Assembly (NCBI GenBank): GCA_043228905.1
Contig: JBHGNT010000009.1
Location: 6,386,001 to 6,450,000, forward strand
DNA from: Azolla caroliniana
Taxonomy: Eukaryota; Plantae; Polypodiophyta
Direction: 5' to 3'
Length of the DNA: 64,000 nucleotides
Shown: positions 33,980 through 47,230 of the stretch, one piece after another
Layout: every line of letters starts with the position of its first letter
Position numbering within the stretch: the stretch's first letter is position 1
Made by a program: the position numbers and the translations under genes
Notes under the pieces: model-generated
What the model was told of the DNA's origin: nothing
Seen by the model: only the letters and a program-made list of their open reading frames with translations
Databases searched by the model: none

Positions 33980-36900
33980 CTCCCCCTCAAACTCAACTTG
34001 AGGTCGGACCATTGTATTAGTGTCTGTCGGTCCATTCCTCCAGCTCCTCCGAGCATCTTCCCGCCTTGCTTGTGCTCCTCGACCCGTCCGGTTCCGCGCA
34101 CCTCGACCTTCTCGGTCGGTTTGTTTCCTCATAAGGCCCATCTTAGTTCCTTCACTGTTGTGGTCCCGACGCTTCTCGACTTGTCAGTTCCTCTGTGACG
34201 ATGTCGACTTCCGTTGCCTCCTCGTCCATTTGGACTTTAGTTGACTCAACTCATCCGAATCAAACACCTCTTCCGAATCGGGTGACTCTGTTTCGTTCCT
34301 GATCTTGTCTGAATTGGTTGTCTCCAATTTGTCTTCAGTCTTCAAGCCCTTCACCACATCGGACCACGTCCGGGTCTTGGCCTTCCAGTCGACTCTGTCC
34401 TTCTTGACTCTGCCACCGCCACCGCTTGTTCCGACTTTATCGGATGTGCCAACTTCTTCAGTTGGCTCGACTTCCTTTTCTTCTTCTTGTCTCCCCCTAT
34501 CTCTCCGGCTCTTTCACCCATTTTCCTAGTTTCCGTTTTGGTCCTCCCCATATCAGTCCCGGTTCTCCCCCTCAAGTGCGGCATGTCGAGATGCTGAAGA
34601 CCAAGCATCTTTGAAAAATGTTGCAACTTGTCAAGGGCAAGAGGTTTGGTGAAGATGTCGGCAACCTGCTAATCCATCCAGACATACCAGAGTTCTACTT
34701 CACCACTGAGGACCCACTCGTGCACAAAGTGATAATGCATGTCTATGTGCTTTGTCCGAGCATGGAACACAGGGTTCTTGGCGAGCTACATGCTGCTAAT
34801 GTTGTCACAGTAGATCGGGATTGGAGTTGAGACTTCGATCCGGAGGTCTTGCAATAGCCGCCGAAGCCAAATGGCTTCATAGGTGGCAACAATAGTGCCC
34901 CGATACTCCGCCTCACTGCTAGATAGAGCCACAATTGGCTGCTTTTTGCTGCTCCACGCAACAACCACGCTACCCAGAGAAAACATGAATCTGGAAGTGG
35001 ACCGTTGATCTGACGCAATTCCAGCCTAGTCGGGGATGTATAACCGACCAACTTTTCGGTTATACCACGTCGGTATAACAATCCCCGGTTGTTAGTGCCA
35101 CTAACCTCAATATTCGGTGCGCGCACTGAAGGTGCTCCATAGTCAGCTTCTGCATGAACTGAGTTATCGCTCCGACCGGATAGCTAATGTCGGGTCGGGT
35201 GATCGTCAAATAAATAAGGCTTTCGACAATTTGTCGGAACCGTTTCTCATCGTAGGCCAGTCCGGAGTTGGGACGAAGCTTGAAGTTCCGGTCCAAGAGT
35301 GTAGAGATCGGTCGACAATGCGTCATGTTGAACTTGTACAACACATTGAACACATAATGTCGATGGGACAACAATATGCTGTCTGGGGTATGGATCACTT
35401 CGATCCTGAGGAAGTAATGAAGGTTCCCCAAGTCCTTCATTTTGAATGCATCCGACATCTGGGACTTCACTCGGCCTTTTTTAGGAAGGCCAGTTCTAGC
35501 GATGACTAGATCATCGACATATAGCAGGATACATACACTAGACAATTGCTAGCGGCCCAACAAGAAAAGAAAAGAAGCGGATTGATGTGGCCGCAGTCAT
35601 TCAACCTCCCCATGCTACACCGTTTGGACCTTTCCGTATGAACAACGAAGAGTCTGACTTTGAGGCCGCAAACCCCATCTTAGGCAACTGGTGCATGATC
35701 TTCGAATTCCAAGCACGAGGGGCTTGCTTTAGAACGTAAAGTGACTTCTTGAATCGGCACAATGCCGACTTGTTCATCTCCGACTGAAATCCGGGGGGCT
35801 GGATCATGTAGACTTGTTCTTCAAGATCACCCTGAAGAAACACATTCTTCACATCCATTTGGTGAAGATCTCACCCCCTTGTTATAGCAACTGCCAGCAC
35901 CACACGGACCATTGTCATCTTCGCTACCAGAGTGAAGGTCTCATCATAATCGATTCCGTGGGTCTGCGCATATCCTTTTGTGACTAACCGGACCTTGTAC
36001 CGGTTGACCGAACCATCAACATTATACTTGACCTTGTACACCCACCTGCAATCGATTGGTTTGCAAGGTTGGGGAGGGTCAACTAGGTGCCATGTGTTGT
36101 TGACATCAAGTGCCCGCATATCTTCTTCCATAGCGGCATGCCATTGTGCTTCTTTTGCCACTTCTGCATAGCTCTCCGGCTCATGCACTTCCGCCACCTT
36201 CGTCATGTACGCATAGTGATGAGCCATGTACTCGTTATACCCATACCGTTTGACGGGGTTCTTCTAGTGGGTTGATCGACACAATTTCTGCTCTACCAAT
36301 TTCTTGGCCTTCTTGGCCGACTCAGACTTCTCTTCCGAAGTTCCGTCTTCGATCTGTCCGGAATTGGATTTGCTCTGATCTGACTCGTCTCTGCCGGTGC
36401 CATATTTCAACATCTTCTTCTTCCCCTTCTCTTTGTGTGTGAACCGTCTCCTCGATTCCTTGTGCGGGGAGAGCACGACCGAGTCTCCACTACTCGCCGA
36501 CTCTTCATCTGATTGGTCATGTCGACTCAGTCTCTCATTCGGCCCACTTAGCCAGAATGAGATCAGACTCTCATCCAGAGTACCGAATCCTGCTTCATCT
36601 TCTGCCCGGATCATTTCGGGCTCATTGGCCTCATCCTCTGGAATCAGGTCGGAGTCGGACATCAGAGCTGGTAGAGAGTACCATGATGGCAACTCATCAA
36701 ATTTGACATCTCGGCTCACTCGAACTTGTTTCGTTCGGGGGTTATAGCACTTATAACCCTTTTGCTCATGAGAGTGGCCGACAAGGATGCACTTCTCCAA
36801 CTTCAAATCCAGCTTTCTCCGCTTCTCATCTAGCACATGCACATATGCAATGCTACTGAAGATCTTAAGGTGCCTTAGATTTGACTTCTGCCTGAAATAC

Positions 36901-39026
36901 AGCTCGTGTGCTAACACCTTATCCCCGATCCGATTTTGGATGTAGACGACCGTCCGGACCACTTCGGCCCAGTAGAACTTGGGCATGCTCTTCTCCTCCA
37001 GCATTGCCCATGCCACCTCCACAATCGATTGGTTCTTCCTTTCAGCCACACTGTTTTGTTCTAGTGTGTATCTGCAACTGAATTTTCTCTGAATTCCCAT
37101 TTTTTGTAGATAACTATTGAATTGGCCGGAAATAGTATTCTTTTCCACCATTCGACCGCAGGCACTTGATCTTCATTTTTGTTTCTCGTTCGACCAATCT
37201 CTGCAAGTTCCGGAAACAATCAAAAACTTCACTTTTCTTCTCGATGAGATAGATCCATGTGTGCCGTCTTTAGTCGTTGATGAAGGGGACGAAATATCAA
37301 CTCCGGCTAAGACATAACGTTTTGTGTCAGCCCCCATACATCCAAATGTATTAGATCGAGCTTGTTACGGCTCCGGTTTCTTTCTGTGGGGAATGGAAGC
37401 CAGTGTTGTTTCCCAAGTTGGCAGGCTTGACAAATTTGGGCCTTCCGGCCATTGAATTTTGGCAATCCGAAAACAACTTGTTTCGATTGGAGGTTTTGAA
37501 GCCTCTGGTAATTGACGTGGCTGATCCGTTTGTGCCACAAGTCGATATCCAACTCGACTTTCTATCCTTTGGCAAACAACGCGGTGCCTACGTCGTTGCT
37601 GTCTAGGATGAACATCCTCACGTCCCGACGCCCTTGCGTGATGATCCAGGCCTCTTCCTCAATGAAGCAGATGAAGTGGGTAAACCACACCTGCATCCCC
37701 TGGTCAACGATCTGCCTGACCAACAACAGGTTCTTTGTGATTGTTGGAACATGAAACACGTTCATAAGCTTCCCTTTTTGTTCGACATGACTTAAGGGAA
37801 CTTCTCTAACATGCAAGATCGGGTGAGGAGTGTCATCTCCGGTCTCGAAAACTCCCGATTGCTACAACTTTTCCAGAAATGAGAACCACTCTTCATGGCT
37901 CGTCATGTGGTTTGATGCTCCGGAGTCAACATAACACAATTCCTCTGATCCAGAAGTGGTCTTCTTCATTGAGTTCGTCTTGTGTTTCATCACAAAGGCT
38001 GGCCCTTTTCCAGTCTTGCCAGTTCTGGATCCTTTCGATCCTTCTACGTAGTGCGAGCTTTGCCGGTTTCCTTGTCTGGCTTTGTCGTATTTGGATTTAT
38101 CTAAATCGGCACGCTTCTTCCAGCACTCGCTCTCTCGGTGGCCTTTCTTGCCACAATACCAACATTCCGTTTCGGTCTTTGATTGCCAGTTTCAAACGCC
38201 GCTTTGACTCCCCATGCTTGTGGAGGGTCCGGAACTACCATCGGCACTATCTCTGTGCCTCTGGTTCTACTCTTGTCGGCCGTCTGCATTGCGTGCCGAC
38301 TCACCATGTCCTCCACGCCCACGGGGCTGATCCACCTCTGTGTATAGCATCCTGTTGTCTGATTGAGTGGTCCTTGACCCACTGGCGTGGTTTTCTTTGA
38401 CCATGAGCATCGATTCCAGGTTGAAGAAAGACGGTGGCTTCTCCCGGGTGCAAATTGCCATCCGGATTGGCCCGTACCGGTGTGCTAGACCACTGAGGCA
38501 GATCTGGACCATCTTGTCCTTGTCCACCGTCACATTGATGAACCCGAGCGCGTTGCAGATCTCCTTGATCTTGGTGGTGTAGTCGGCGACTGACATGTCC
38601 CGTTGCCAAATGTTGTTGAGCTCTTGTCGGAGTTGCAACTTCCGGGCCGTGGTACTTGCGGTGAAAATATTCTGGAGATTTTCGTTGACCTCCTTTGGGG
38701 ATTTTGCATCTCTGATGTAGCCAAGCATCTAGTCGTGCACATAGGATGCAGGCCAAACCGGGAAGTCCTTGTGTGCCAAATCCGGCGCTGCTTTATTTTA
38801 TTCCTTCCACGTAGCTCTAGTATCCATGCCCTAACAGTTATTGGTGCATTTTATACAACCAGGACACATAGTTTCTCCGGTCGAGCTTTTCGGTCGGAGG
38901 CGACCTCGCCATGCTTCTATCTATACCTTGTCTTTTCGGTCTGTTCTTTTATCGGTGGTTAGGGTTTGTCTTGAGGAAAAACGCTTGTCAACAACAGAGG
39001 TTCTCAACCCTTGCGCTCTGATACCA

Positions 39027-39767
39027 TGTCAAAGTTAATATGCGGAAGCTTTGACAAACCGGTTTATCTGGTCAAAAACAGAAAACAAAGGAAGAAGGTT
39101 TAATGGAAGCTTAGGACACATAGGAGAGAAGGAGAGAGCAGCAAACATAAACTCAATTCAAAATAAAACACTTTGTACATACAATGTGCTTAGTGAGCAC
39201 TTTCATACAAGTCCTTACACGGACTGGCAGAAGTACTGACATGTACTTCAATGCTCATACGAGCGATTGACACTGACTCCCAAAAATATGCCTACGTACT
39301 AGGCTAGATTTGTAGGCCTCTAACGGCCTACCGGTTACAATCCGATCTGGCTCTTGGTTCACAACCGGCTCTACCGGATAACAACAGAAAATGAACTAAG
39401 GTTTAATGGAAGCTTCAAAGAACACACAAAGAGAGCGGGAGAGACAAAGAGAGCAGAACAACATAAACTCAAATTCAAAATATCACTCTATACATACAAA
39501 TGTCCTATAGAACACTCTTTATACAAGTCCTTAAAAAGGACTAATAGAAGTACTGACAAGTACTTCAATGCTCGTATGAGCAACTGTCACTAACTCCAAG
39601 AAATATGCCTACCTACTAGGCTAAGACTGTAGGCCTCTAACGGCTTACTAGTTACAATCCGATCTGGCTCTCCAATCCAACTTTTGGTTTATTTAACCGA
39701 TCCGGATATCGATCCGGCTCCGGCTTATTCAACTGGTTTGGATCTGGTTGAGCTTGTCCGCTCAACA
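39027..39767 (-). repeat. Copia G 5' LTR fused in tandem to a related LTR
   Basis: 39027-39360 matches the 3' LTR. 39361-39767 is a more divergent relative lacking its first ~27 bp and ending CTCAACA. Confidence 0.75.
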
Positions 39768-40263
39768 ATATGTTCTACATCCCATTCTAAAGCCTACCAT
39801 AGGCACATTTTAATAGTGCGAGTATAATAGTCAATATAATAACTTACCAATGATAGTGTCTTGTGGACGTGCATCAGATTCGTGTGTCCATATGGGCAAA
39901 ACCTCTAGGGTCTTGGACCACAAAGATGGATGAGACGGACAGAATTCAAGAAAAAGAATTTGGCTCAACAAAACAGAAATGGAAGATTAGGGCAAAGAGT
40001 GTAGCATAGGCTATAGGGGGATTTGAACCTAATACCTTTATGCATGAAGAAGATAGAATCTCACGAAAACAATATTATCTGATAGATAAAGAAAAAAAAG
40101 AATAAATAAAATGAACCCTTGGTTCTTCCGATATTAGAGTGCTTTGTTGCCTTTTCTTTTTCTCCTTTGCCAACCTCATCTAAAGTGCCTTTATATAGGG
40201 TTTTCCGTGTGGTTAGTGTTTAGAATCCCTTACCACTTTGTGTACATGGTTTAACCTTCAATA

Positions 40264-43200
40264 TGTAGAAGTGAAAGAATAGATACAGAGGAAACGACAA
40301 GACATAAAAAGAAAAGTTCAATGGATTAATTAATTAGTAAAGGAGGAACACACACGAACAATGAACCTAATCAACAATATGCTACTCAAGCTACAACAAA
40401 AATCCTAACTTACACAAGTCACTCAAGCTACTACAGACTCTAGAGCTTGCAGATACCATATGGGTATTTAACATAATACATACATAAACTATATCAAACC
40501 TTAAGCTACGACCAAACAACTAACAATAAATATGACTATCTGATACAAAAATGCTAACAACAGATGTGGCTATGAACCAAAAGGGGGCTCACTGCAGGAT
40601 GCATAGAGAGCATTTGCAAGACTCTGATTTCTGTCTGCATAAGCCACCCTTTTATACATTTTTGGAGCTTGGACATAAAAGGAAAGATGGGAGAAAAGCG
40701 TAATTGAGGGAGATAATTCAAGAAGGGGAGAAGATTTAGAATATGTGGTGGCACACCTTTAATCCTAGGAGGTAGGTCAAGTAGGTGATGCATCATCCAT
40801 GGTGTGAACGGTGCTTCAATCCCCCCCATGTGGAGGATGCTCAAGCATGTTGCGAGAGCTCATGCCCAACATGTCTCTACATTTTGCAAACTTAGGTGTA
40901 TCCAAGGCTTCGTAAATATGTCTACAACCATTTCTTTGCTTGAAGAATGTTCTAGTATGATGTCACCTTGCACAATGATATCCTTCACACAATGATACTT
41001 GATATCTACATGCGTAGCACGCTTTGCACTTCTTGAATTTGTGGCCATAAACACCGCAACTCAATTATCATTGAGTGTTGGAAAGGGTTTATTAACCTGT
41101 AGACCTGATTCATTGATTAGGTTGGATCCCCATAAACCTTCCTAACTCCATATGCTAATACCATATATTTTGCCTCTATTGTTGCCACACTATTTTGTTT
41201 CTTGCTTCCCCATAGATCTACCACATTGTTGATAAAAACACAATAGCTAGAAATAGATTTTCGATTGGTGGAATCACTTGCCCAATCAACATCCACATGC
41301 AATCTCATATCTGAGGAACTAGCGTGAAATGTAAGTCCCAAGTCACTTATCCCTTTTAAGTATTTTAAGATTCGTTTCGCAACTTTCCAATGAGTAGGGC
41401 TAGGGTTCTCTAAGAACTTAGTTTATTAGCTGCAAATGAAATATCTAGCCTTGTACAAATGCTACCATAGATAAAAGAACCAATTAATGACCTGTATGGA
41501 AAATTTACCATATTTCCTTTGTAATGAAGATTTGAAAGTTCTGATAATCTGTCCATAGGTGTGCTTGTTGGATAACAACTTACCGTATGAAACTTTTCCA
41601 ATATTTGTGAAATGTATCCTTGTTGGGAGAAGTGAATAATTCTTTTCCCTTGATTGTATAAAATGTCAATCCTTAAGCAAAAGGAGATAGCACCCATATC
41701 TTCCACGTTGAACTCCGCATTCAAGATGTCTTTCAAATATTGGGTAGCTAAAGATGTATTGGCCATGATGATTATATCATCAGCATATACCGCAACAATA
41801 ATATGCCTTTTATTGTTATAAAGAGCATAGATGCATTGATTTGATCTACAACAAGTGCAATTATTTCATAGAAAGAAATCATGGAACTGGATATACCAAC
41901 ATCTTCCTGCTTGCCTCAAGCCATAAAGTGACTTCTTAAGTGGACATGTTTGTGTTGGATCCTCCATCTTCATGTTTGGTAATGTCATATATATTTCTTC
42001 ATTTAATTCCCCACTAAGAAAAGCTATTTTTACATCCATTTGATGTCTTTCCCAACCTTATGCACATGCTTTCATTAATTCGACTCGAATGGAAGCGATG
42101 AGAGAAATTGGTGCATACGTTTCAGTGAAATCAATGCCATCAATTTGTTTGAAGGCTTGAACCACCAATTGAGCCTTGTATTTGATGGGAGTTCCATTTG
42201 ATCCTCTCTTGATTTTGAACACCCATTTGGAACCTATGGTTTGTTGTCTTTCACTTTCTTTTAAGAGTTCTCATGTACCATTCTTTTGATGATCTTCAAA
42301 CTCCAAATGTGTTGTCTCTTCCTACTTTGCTTTATGTGGTGAAAGTAACACTTCTTTTAAATTAGATGATTCTAACATTTCAGATTCTATGCTTACATTG
42401 CACACAAGTGAAGGATCTCTAAGGATGGAAGATGGTCTTCTAATTCTTTGACCTTGCCTCAAGTAAGACGATACAATTCCATTCCATTTGGTGATGTTTC
42501 TTCTCTTATTGTGGTTTCATCACATAGTTCTTCACCACTGAATTTGTCTTCATTTTCTTGCAAAATGCTATCAATAATCATGTGTGAACCTTTAACACTA
42601 GATTTTTTACCTTCTTGTTGCATTTTGCAAGGGAAATGATCTTCATCAAACAACACATTGCGAGTGACAAACACTCATTTTTGCGCTTCATTCCAAATTC
42701 TATATCCATAGACTAGATCCTCATATCCGACCATAATTCCTTGCTTGGCAGTTAGTTCCAACTTATGATGAAGTGGACGAGGTACATGGAAGTATGCTTT
42801 GCAACCAATTTAAGGATGAAGATGAGTTATACTAACCCTTTTGTGTTGTTAGATTTCCTCCGGGCATCCTCCATGTATGGGCTTTGTTGGAAGTTGATTT
42901 AGTATATATGTTGCACATTTGGATGCTTCTCCCCAAAAGTCTACTGATAGTTTACTATTTATCAAAATACAACTTACCATATCCATGATATTCCTATTTT
43001 TTCTTTCAGCCACACCATTTAGTTGAGGATTGTAGTTAAGGGTAAATTATTGTGTAAGGCCATGATTAAAACAAAAAGACCCAAAAAGATGTGACATGAA
43101 TTCTCCACCCCTATTTGATCTTACTTTGATTATAGAGAGCCCAAGTTTAGATTCTGTGAGTGCCTTAAATCTTCGAAAATACTCAAAAGTGTCAACTTTA

Positions 43201-44588
43201 CATGAAAGTAGATGTGCAAAAGTTTTTTGCGTATAATCATTTGTGAGGACATATAAGTATCTTGCTCCTCTTATTAATGGCACATGCATTGGTTCAGAAA
43301 GATCCATGTAAACTAATTCAAGAGGCCTAACAAGCTAAAATTCCCCTTTTTGTATTAAATGGACGTTGAGTAAACATGCTTAGTTGATAACTTTCACATA
43401 AATATTGTTGACTGACTTGGAGAACATCTTTATTTGGGAGATTGATGTCGTTGATTTTACTAAGTTTGTTAAAATTGGCATGGCCGAATCTTTTATGCCA
43501 TTTTAAGGCTTTCTTTCCCAAAGCTTCAACGGCAACATTAGCTGAATGATGATGAATGTTTTTGTCTAATATATATAATCCATGCTACTTTTTTGCTTCA
43601 GAGAGAACTGTCTCCTCACCATAATTTGCATAATCCTTTTGAGAAAACAACCTTTATACCAACAATATCTAGTGCATCAATAGATACTAAATTTTTCTTT
43701 ATGAGAGGAACATGCAAGACATTATGAATGATTCCTCCTCTAATCTTTACATTTCCAATTGTAATGGCCATTATGTGTGCATCATTCCCTAAAAATATTG
43801 TGCATGGATTATTGAAAACATGATATTCTATGAAAATTTCTTTGTTTTTACACATGATCTAATGTAGCAAAGTCTACATACCAAGTTAGTAGAGTTGTAT
43901 TTATGATTCCTTCATCACCATCATTGTCATGTAGTGATGCCACAAGCGCTACACTTTCTATGCTTTTGTTGTCTCTTCTCCTTTTGTAATTATTTGCTAC
44001 CTTCTTAGAACACCCATGTGCAATGTGCTCCTTTTCTTGGCAATAATGACATATCACTTGAGATGGATCCATTGGTCGAAAGGCACCTCCATTTCCCTCC
44101 CATCCTTTTTGCAAAGTTCTCTAAACTTTATCATGCCAATTCTTAACATAATCATGTCTCTTACCTGGATGTGATAGGAGGGCATGTTCATTAATAGAAA
44201 CCTCTTCCCTTTGTAAACTTTCTCATTGCTCCTCTTGTTCTAATATTGCCATAAGTTTGTCTAGGTCTTCAACTACATTTGAATCATGCATTGAAACCAC
44301 AAGATGCCCATATGAACAAGGCAAATTGTTATGTAAAATGTATGTTACCTCATCCTTGGGAAGTATATGGACAATTACTTGAAGTTGAGATGCAATATAA
44401 GTTTTTGAGCATGTTCACAAACTTTATCTCTTGGCTTAATTTTTGTTGTTAGAAATTCTCTTTTTAGTCGAAGGAGATTAGCCATCGGGCTTGATTCATT
44501 CAACTTCATCAATGTATCCCATGCCTCCTTGTTTTTGTGTGTCTTATCTCCTCAGCTTGTCCATTCCCTAAGTTGAGTCCAATAAATG
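40264..44588 (-). mobile_element. Old AT-rich Ty1/copia H (many stops; gag cut by element E)
   Basis: Fragments: CHYCQEKEHIAHGC, WHKRFGH, RSNRGGEF, RT/RNase H (DVDWASD, KKQNSVA, HVDIKYH). PPT-like GGGGGGGAT at 40819-40827. The left LTR boundary is uncertain. Confidence 0.75.
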
Positions 44589-47230
44589 TGTTGAGAATCA
44601 AGCTCAACATAGTGTAATGTGTGAACACACCTTTGAGAATCTATGTGCACTCAAAGGTCAAGACTCATACCACTCTCTACACATTAAACTATGTGTCATA
44701 GAATCATATTCTATGACACATAATTAATGAGTTACATATTCCTCATGACTATGAGTCTTCAGATTCCCCAAGAGAGAGAGTGGTTGTTGTAAGTTAATGA
44801 AGAGAGAGGGTGACTCTATATAAAGCACCCTCCTTATACTTCATACTAAGTCGGTTGTGACTCCTTGTAATGCTACATTTTGTATTTCCTATTCTACTTG
44901 TGAATATACACCTTCTTCTTGAGTATTCCTTTTTCTATCTATCTTGTGTTCTCTCTTCTCTCCTCTAATTCCTCTCACACATACACATAACACACATCTC
45001 TTCCACTACAAAAGAATCACCATCGATTCTTTACATGGTATCAGAGCGATTTGGTAACTCGACCTAGCCCACTCGCCTCATCGTGATCGTGTGTTGTACT
45101 CTACGCCGAAGTTCAAGAAGAACCGGTTCATCGCTATCGTAGTACCACTACATAGCTTGTGTTCGAGAGAGAAGAAAAAGAAGAAAGGAAGCTTAATTGA
45201 TAGTGAATACTCAAATTTGGAGCGCTCTCCCTAGCGAGAAGTTGAACCGAAACAACTTCGCATCTTGGGAGTACAAGATGCACCAATACCTTGTCGGCCA
45301 AGGCTATTGGGGTTACATCAAGGGAGCATAAGAAAACTGACCCGACTCGGAAGCCGCCGACTATGCAACGTGGGAGCAAGCGGCAAGTTGAGTGATGTAT
45401 TGCTTGGTGACATGTGTTCATGACCACATGCTTGGGTACATTCGAGAAGTCGAGATGCCGAAGGAAGTGTGGGAGAATCTACGAAAGATTTTCGCCGCCA
45501 ACACAACCGCGAGAAAGCTTCAACTCCGCCAAGAGTTGAACAACATCCAACAAAGGGATATGTCCATCACAAGCTACACCTTGAAGATCAAGGAGCTTTG
45601 CGACTCGCTTGGCTCGATAAGCGTCAATGTGGATGATGATGATGTTGGTAGACAGGTCCCTCCGGATGGGAAGGGAGAAGAACAGTGCCGACGAACAAAC
45701 TCGGCCGAGGCCTGTCGGCCTCGGCCGAAACGGTATGAACCGGATGGGGAGAACCCGACTTCGGAGAGTCGGATGGTGTAGGCCCGGTATGAACCGGATG
45801 AGGAGTACCCGACTGCGGAGAGTCGGATGGTGTAGGCCCGGTATGAACCGGATGAAGAGTACCCGACTGCGGAGAGCCGGATGGAGCCCATCGAGGCTAC
45901 ATTTGTAAATAGCCAAAAAGTCATATTAGTATAAATATGACTTAGGGCAAATTTGGTAGTGGTTGTCATTCTTGTTATTATTCTTTGTTGTTGGTGCAAG
46001 AAGAAATCAGAGCGTGTAACTGTACAGAGAGAGAGAGAGGTAGAGAGAGACGAGGTCGAAGCCTCTGTTGTAACCGCCGCCTGTGGCGAAGATCTGAGAG
46101 CACGAGGTCGTTGCCTCGGTGATCTCACTGTTGTATATTTCTGCATAGTGACAGTTTGCAGCTTGTGGGCTGCCGTGGTTTTTCCCCTATTTTGGGGTTT
46201 TCCACGTATACCTCCTGTGTACCATCTCTCCTCTTTTGCGTCGCGTTTCATTACCTGTTTTTTCTGTGTGTGAAAAGAATCTCGGTTGTGGCCGAGCGTC
46301 GGACATAAGGAACGTCGAGTTCTCAACAGATGAAATGGTGCAAATATGCCTTGACGGCCTTGAACCACGGTTTGGTGCAATGAGGACCGCCGTATTAGCA
46401 TGGGAGAATCCGCCCTCCTTCTTCGATCTTCAATCCATGTTGTTGGTTGAAGAAAACCATGTTCGAATGAGGAGCAACGCCTCGGAAGGCCACATGCTCT
46501 ACACGCATTCAGACGGAGGAAGAGGATGCGGCCGTGCAAGAAGAGGCCGATTCGGCCAAGGACGAGGCGGACGAGGCTCGAATTACGAAAACAACTCGCA
46601 ATTTCGGCATCAAGACGGAAGCCATCGAGGAACCTTCGGAAGAAGGGGGAGCTTCCATTCCAGTCCGAGCTAACAAAACTCGGTCGAATGTGGATATTGC
46701 GGAAAAATTGGCCACCGCGAAGAAGAGTGCCGAAAGAAGATGCGTGAGTCGGCTTCCACTAGTCGACAACTCACCAATTACACCGCCGACTCTGAGTACG
46801 ATGATTACGGTGGATTATTCGTAATGAGACATAGAGTGAATTCTATGTCGGCCTCTACTTCTACTAGTGCCTCCAGTCCGGAAGATGTATGGTTTGTCGA
46901 TTCCGGTGCCTCAAACCATATGATGTCGCATCAAGAATGGTTTTGAGAACTTTGAGAGCCAGACCGACCCGGCTATGTCGAAACTAGAGACGACACTACG
47001 CACCCAATTCGGCACATCGGCAATGTTCCGATCGGAAAAGAAGGTAAGCAAACTTACATTAAAAATGTCTTGCATGTACCAACTATCACGAAGAATTTGG
47101 TCTCCGTCGGCCAAATTGTAGAGCAAGGAATGCAAGTTCGATTTAATCAAGGTGGTTGCTTCATTGAAAAAGAGGGCCGAATGTTCATTCTCGACTCACA
47201 CGAGATGAAGTCGGCCATGTTCACAAAAGG
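44589..47230 (+). mobile_element. Ty1/copia E (B family; 5' LTR, PBS, gag, protease; 3' part lost)
   Basis: LTR 44589-45035 is homologous to the reverse complement of the B LTR; PBS TGGTATCAGAGC 45036-45047; gag and WFVDSGASNHM match B. Confidence 0.88.
45643..46328 (+). mobile_element. Solo LTR I (relative of the copia A LTR) inserted in E gag
   Basis: TG..CA termini; TSD GATGA at 45638-45642 and 46329-46333; removing it restores NVDDDEMVQ; shares GGTCCCTCCGGATGGG and ATATGACTTAGGGCAAA with the A LTR. Confidence 0.9.

Larger units (their letters stand above)
33581..39767 (-). mobile_element. Ty1/copia retrotransposon G (degenerate, full length; chimeric 5' LTR)
   Basis: 3' LTR 33581-33979; PPT 33980-33990; frameshifted gag-pol ~34570-38920 (YVDD, YCDN, AERKN); PBS 39015-39026; 5' LTR from 39027. 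No TSD (GAGAT versus ATATG). Confidence 0.88.

Noticed and set aside
45574-46539. 321-aa minus-strand ORF as an env-like or extra gene
   Set aside because: It runs across solo LTR I, its tandem repeats and the antisense of gag, so it is a chance open frame.
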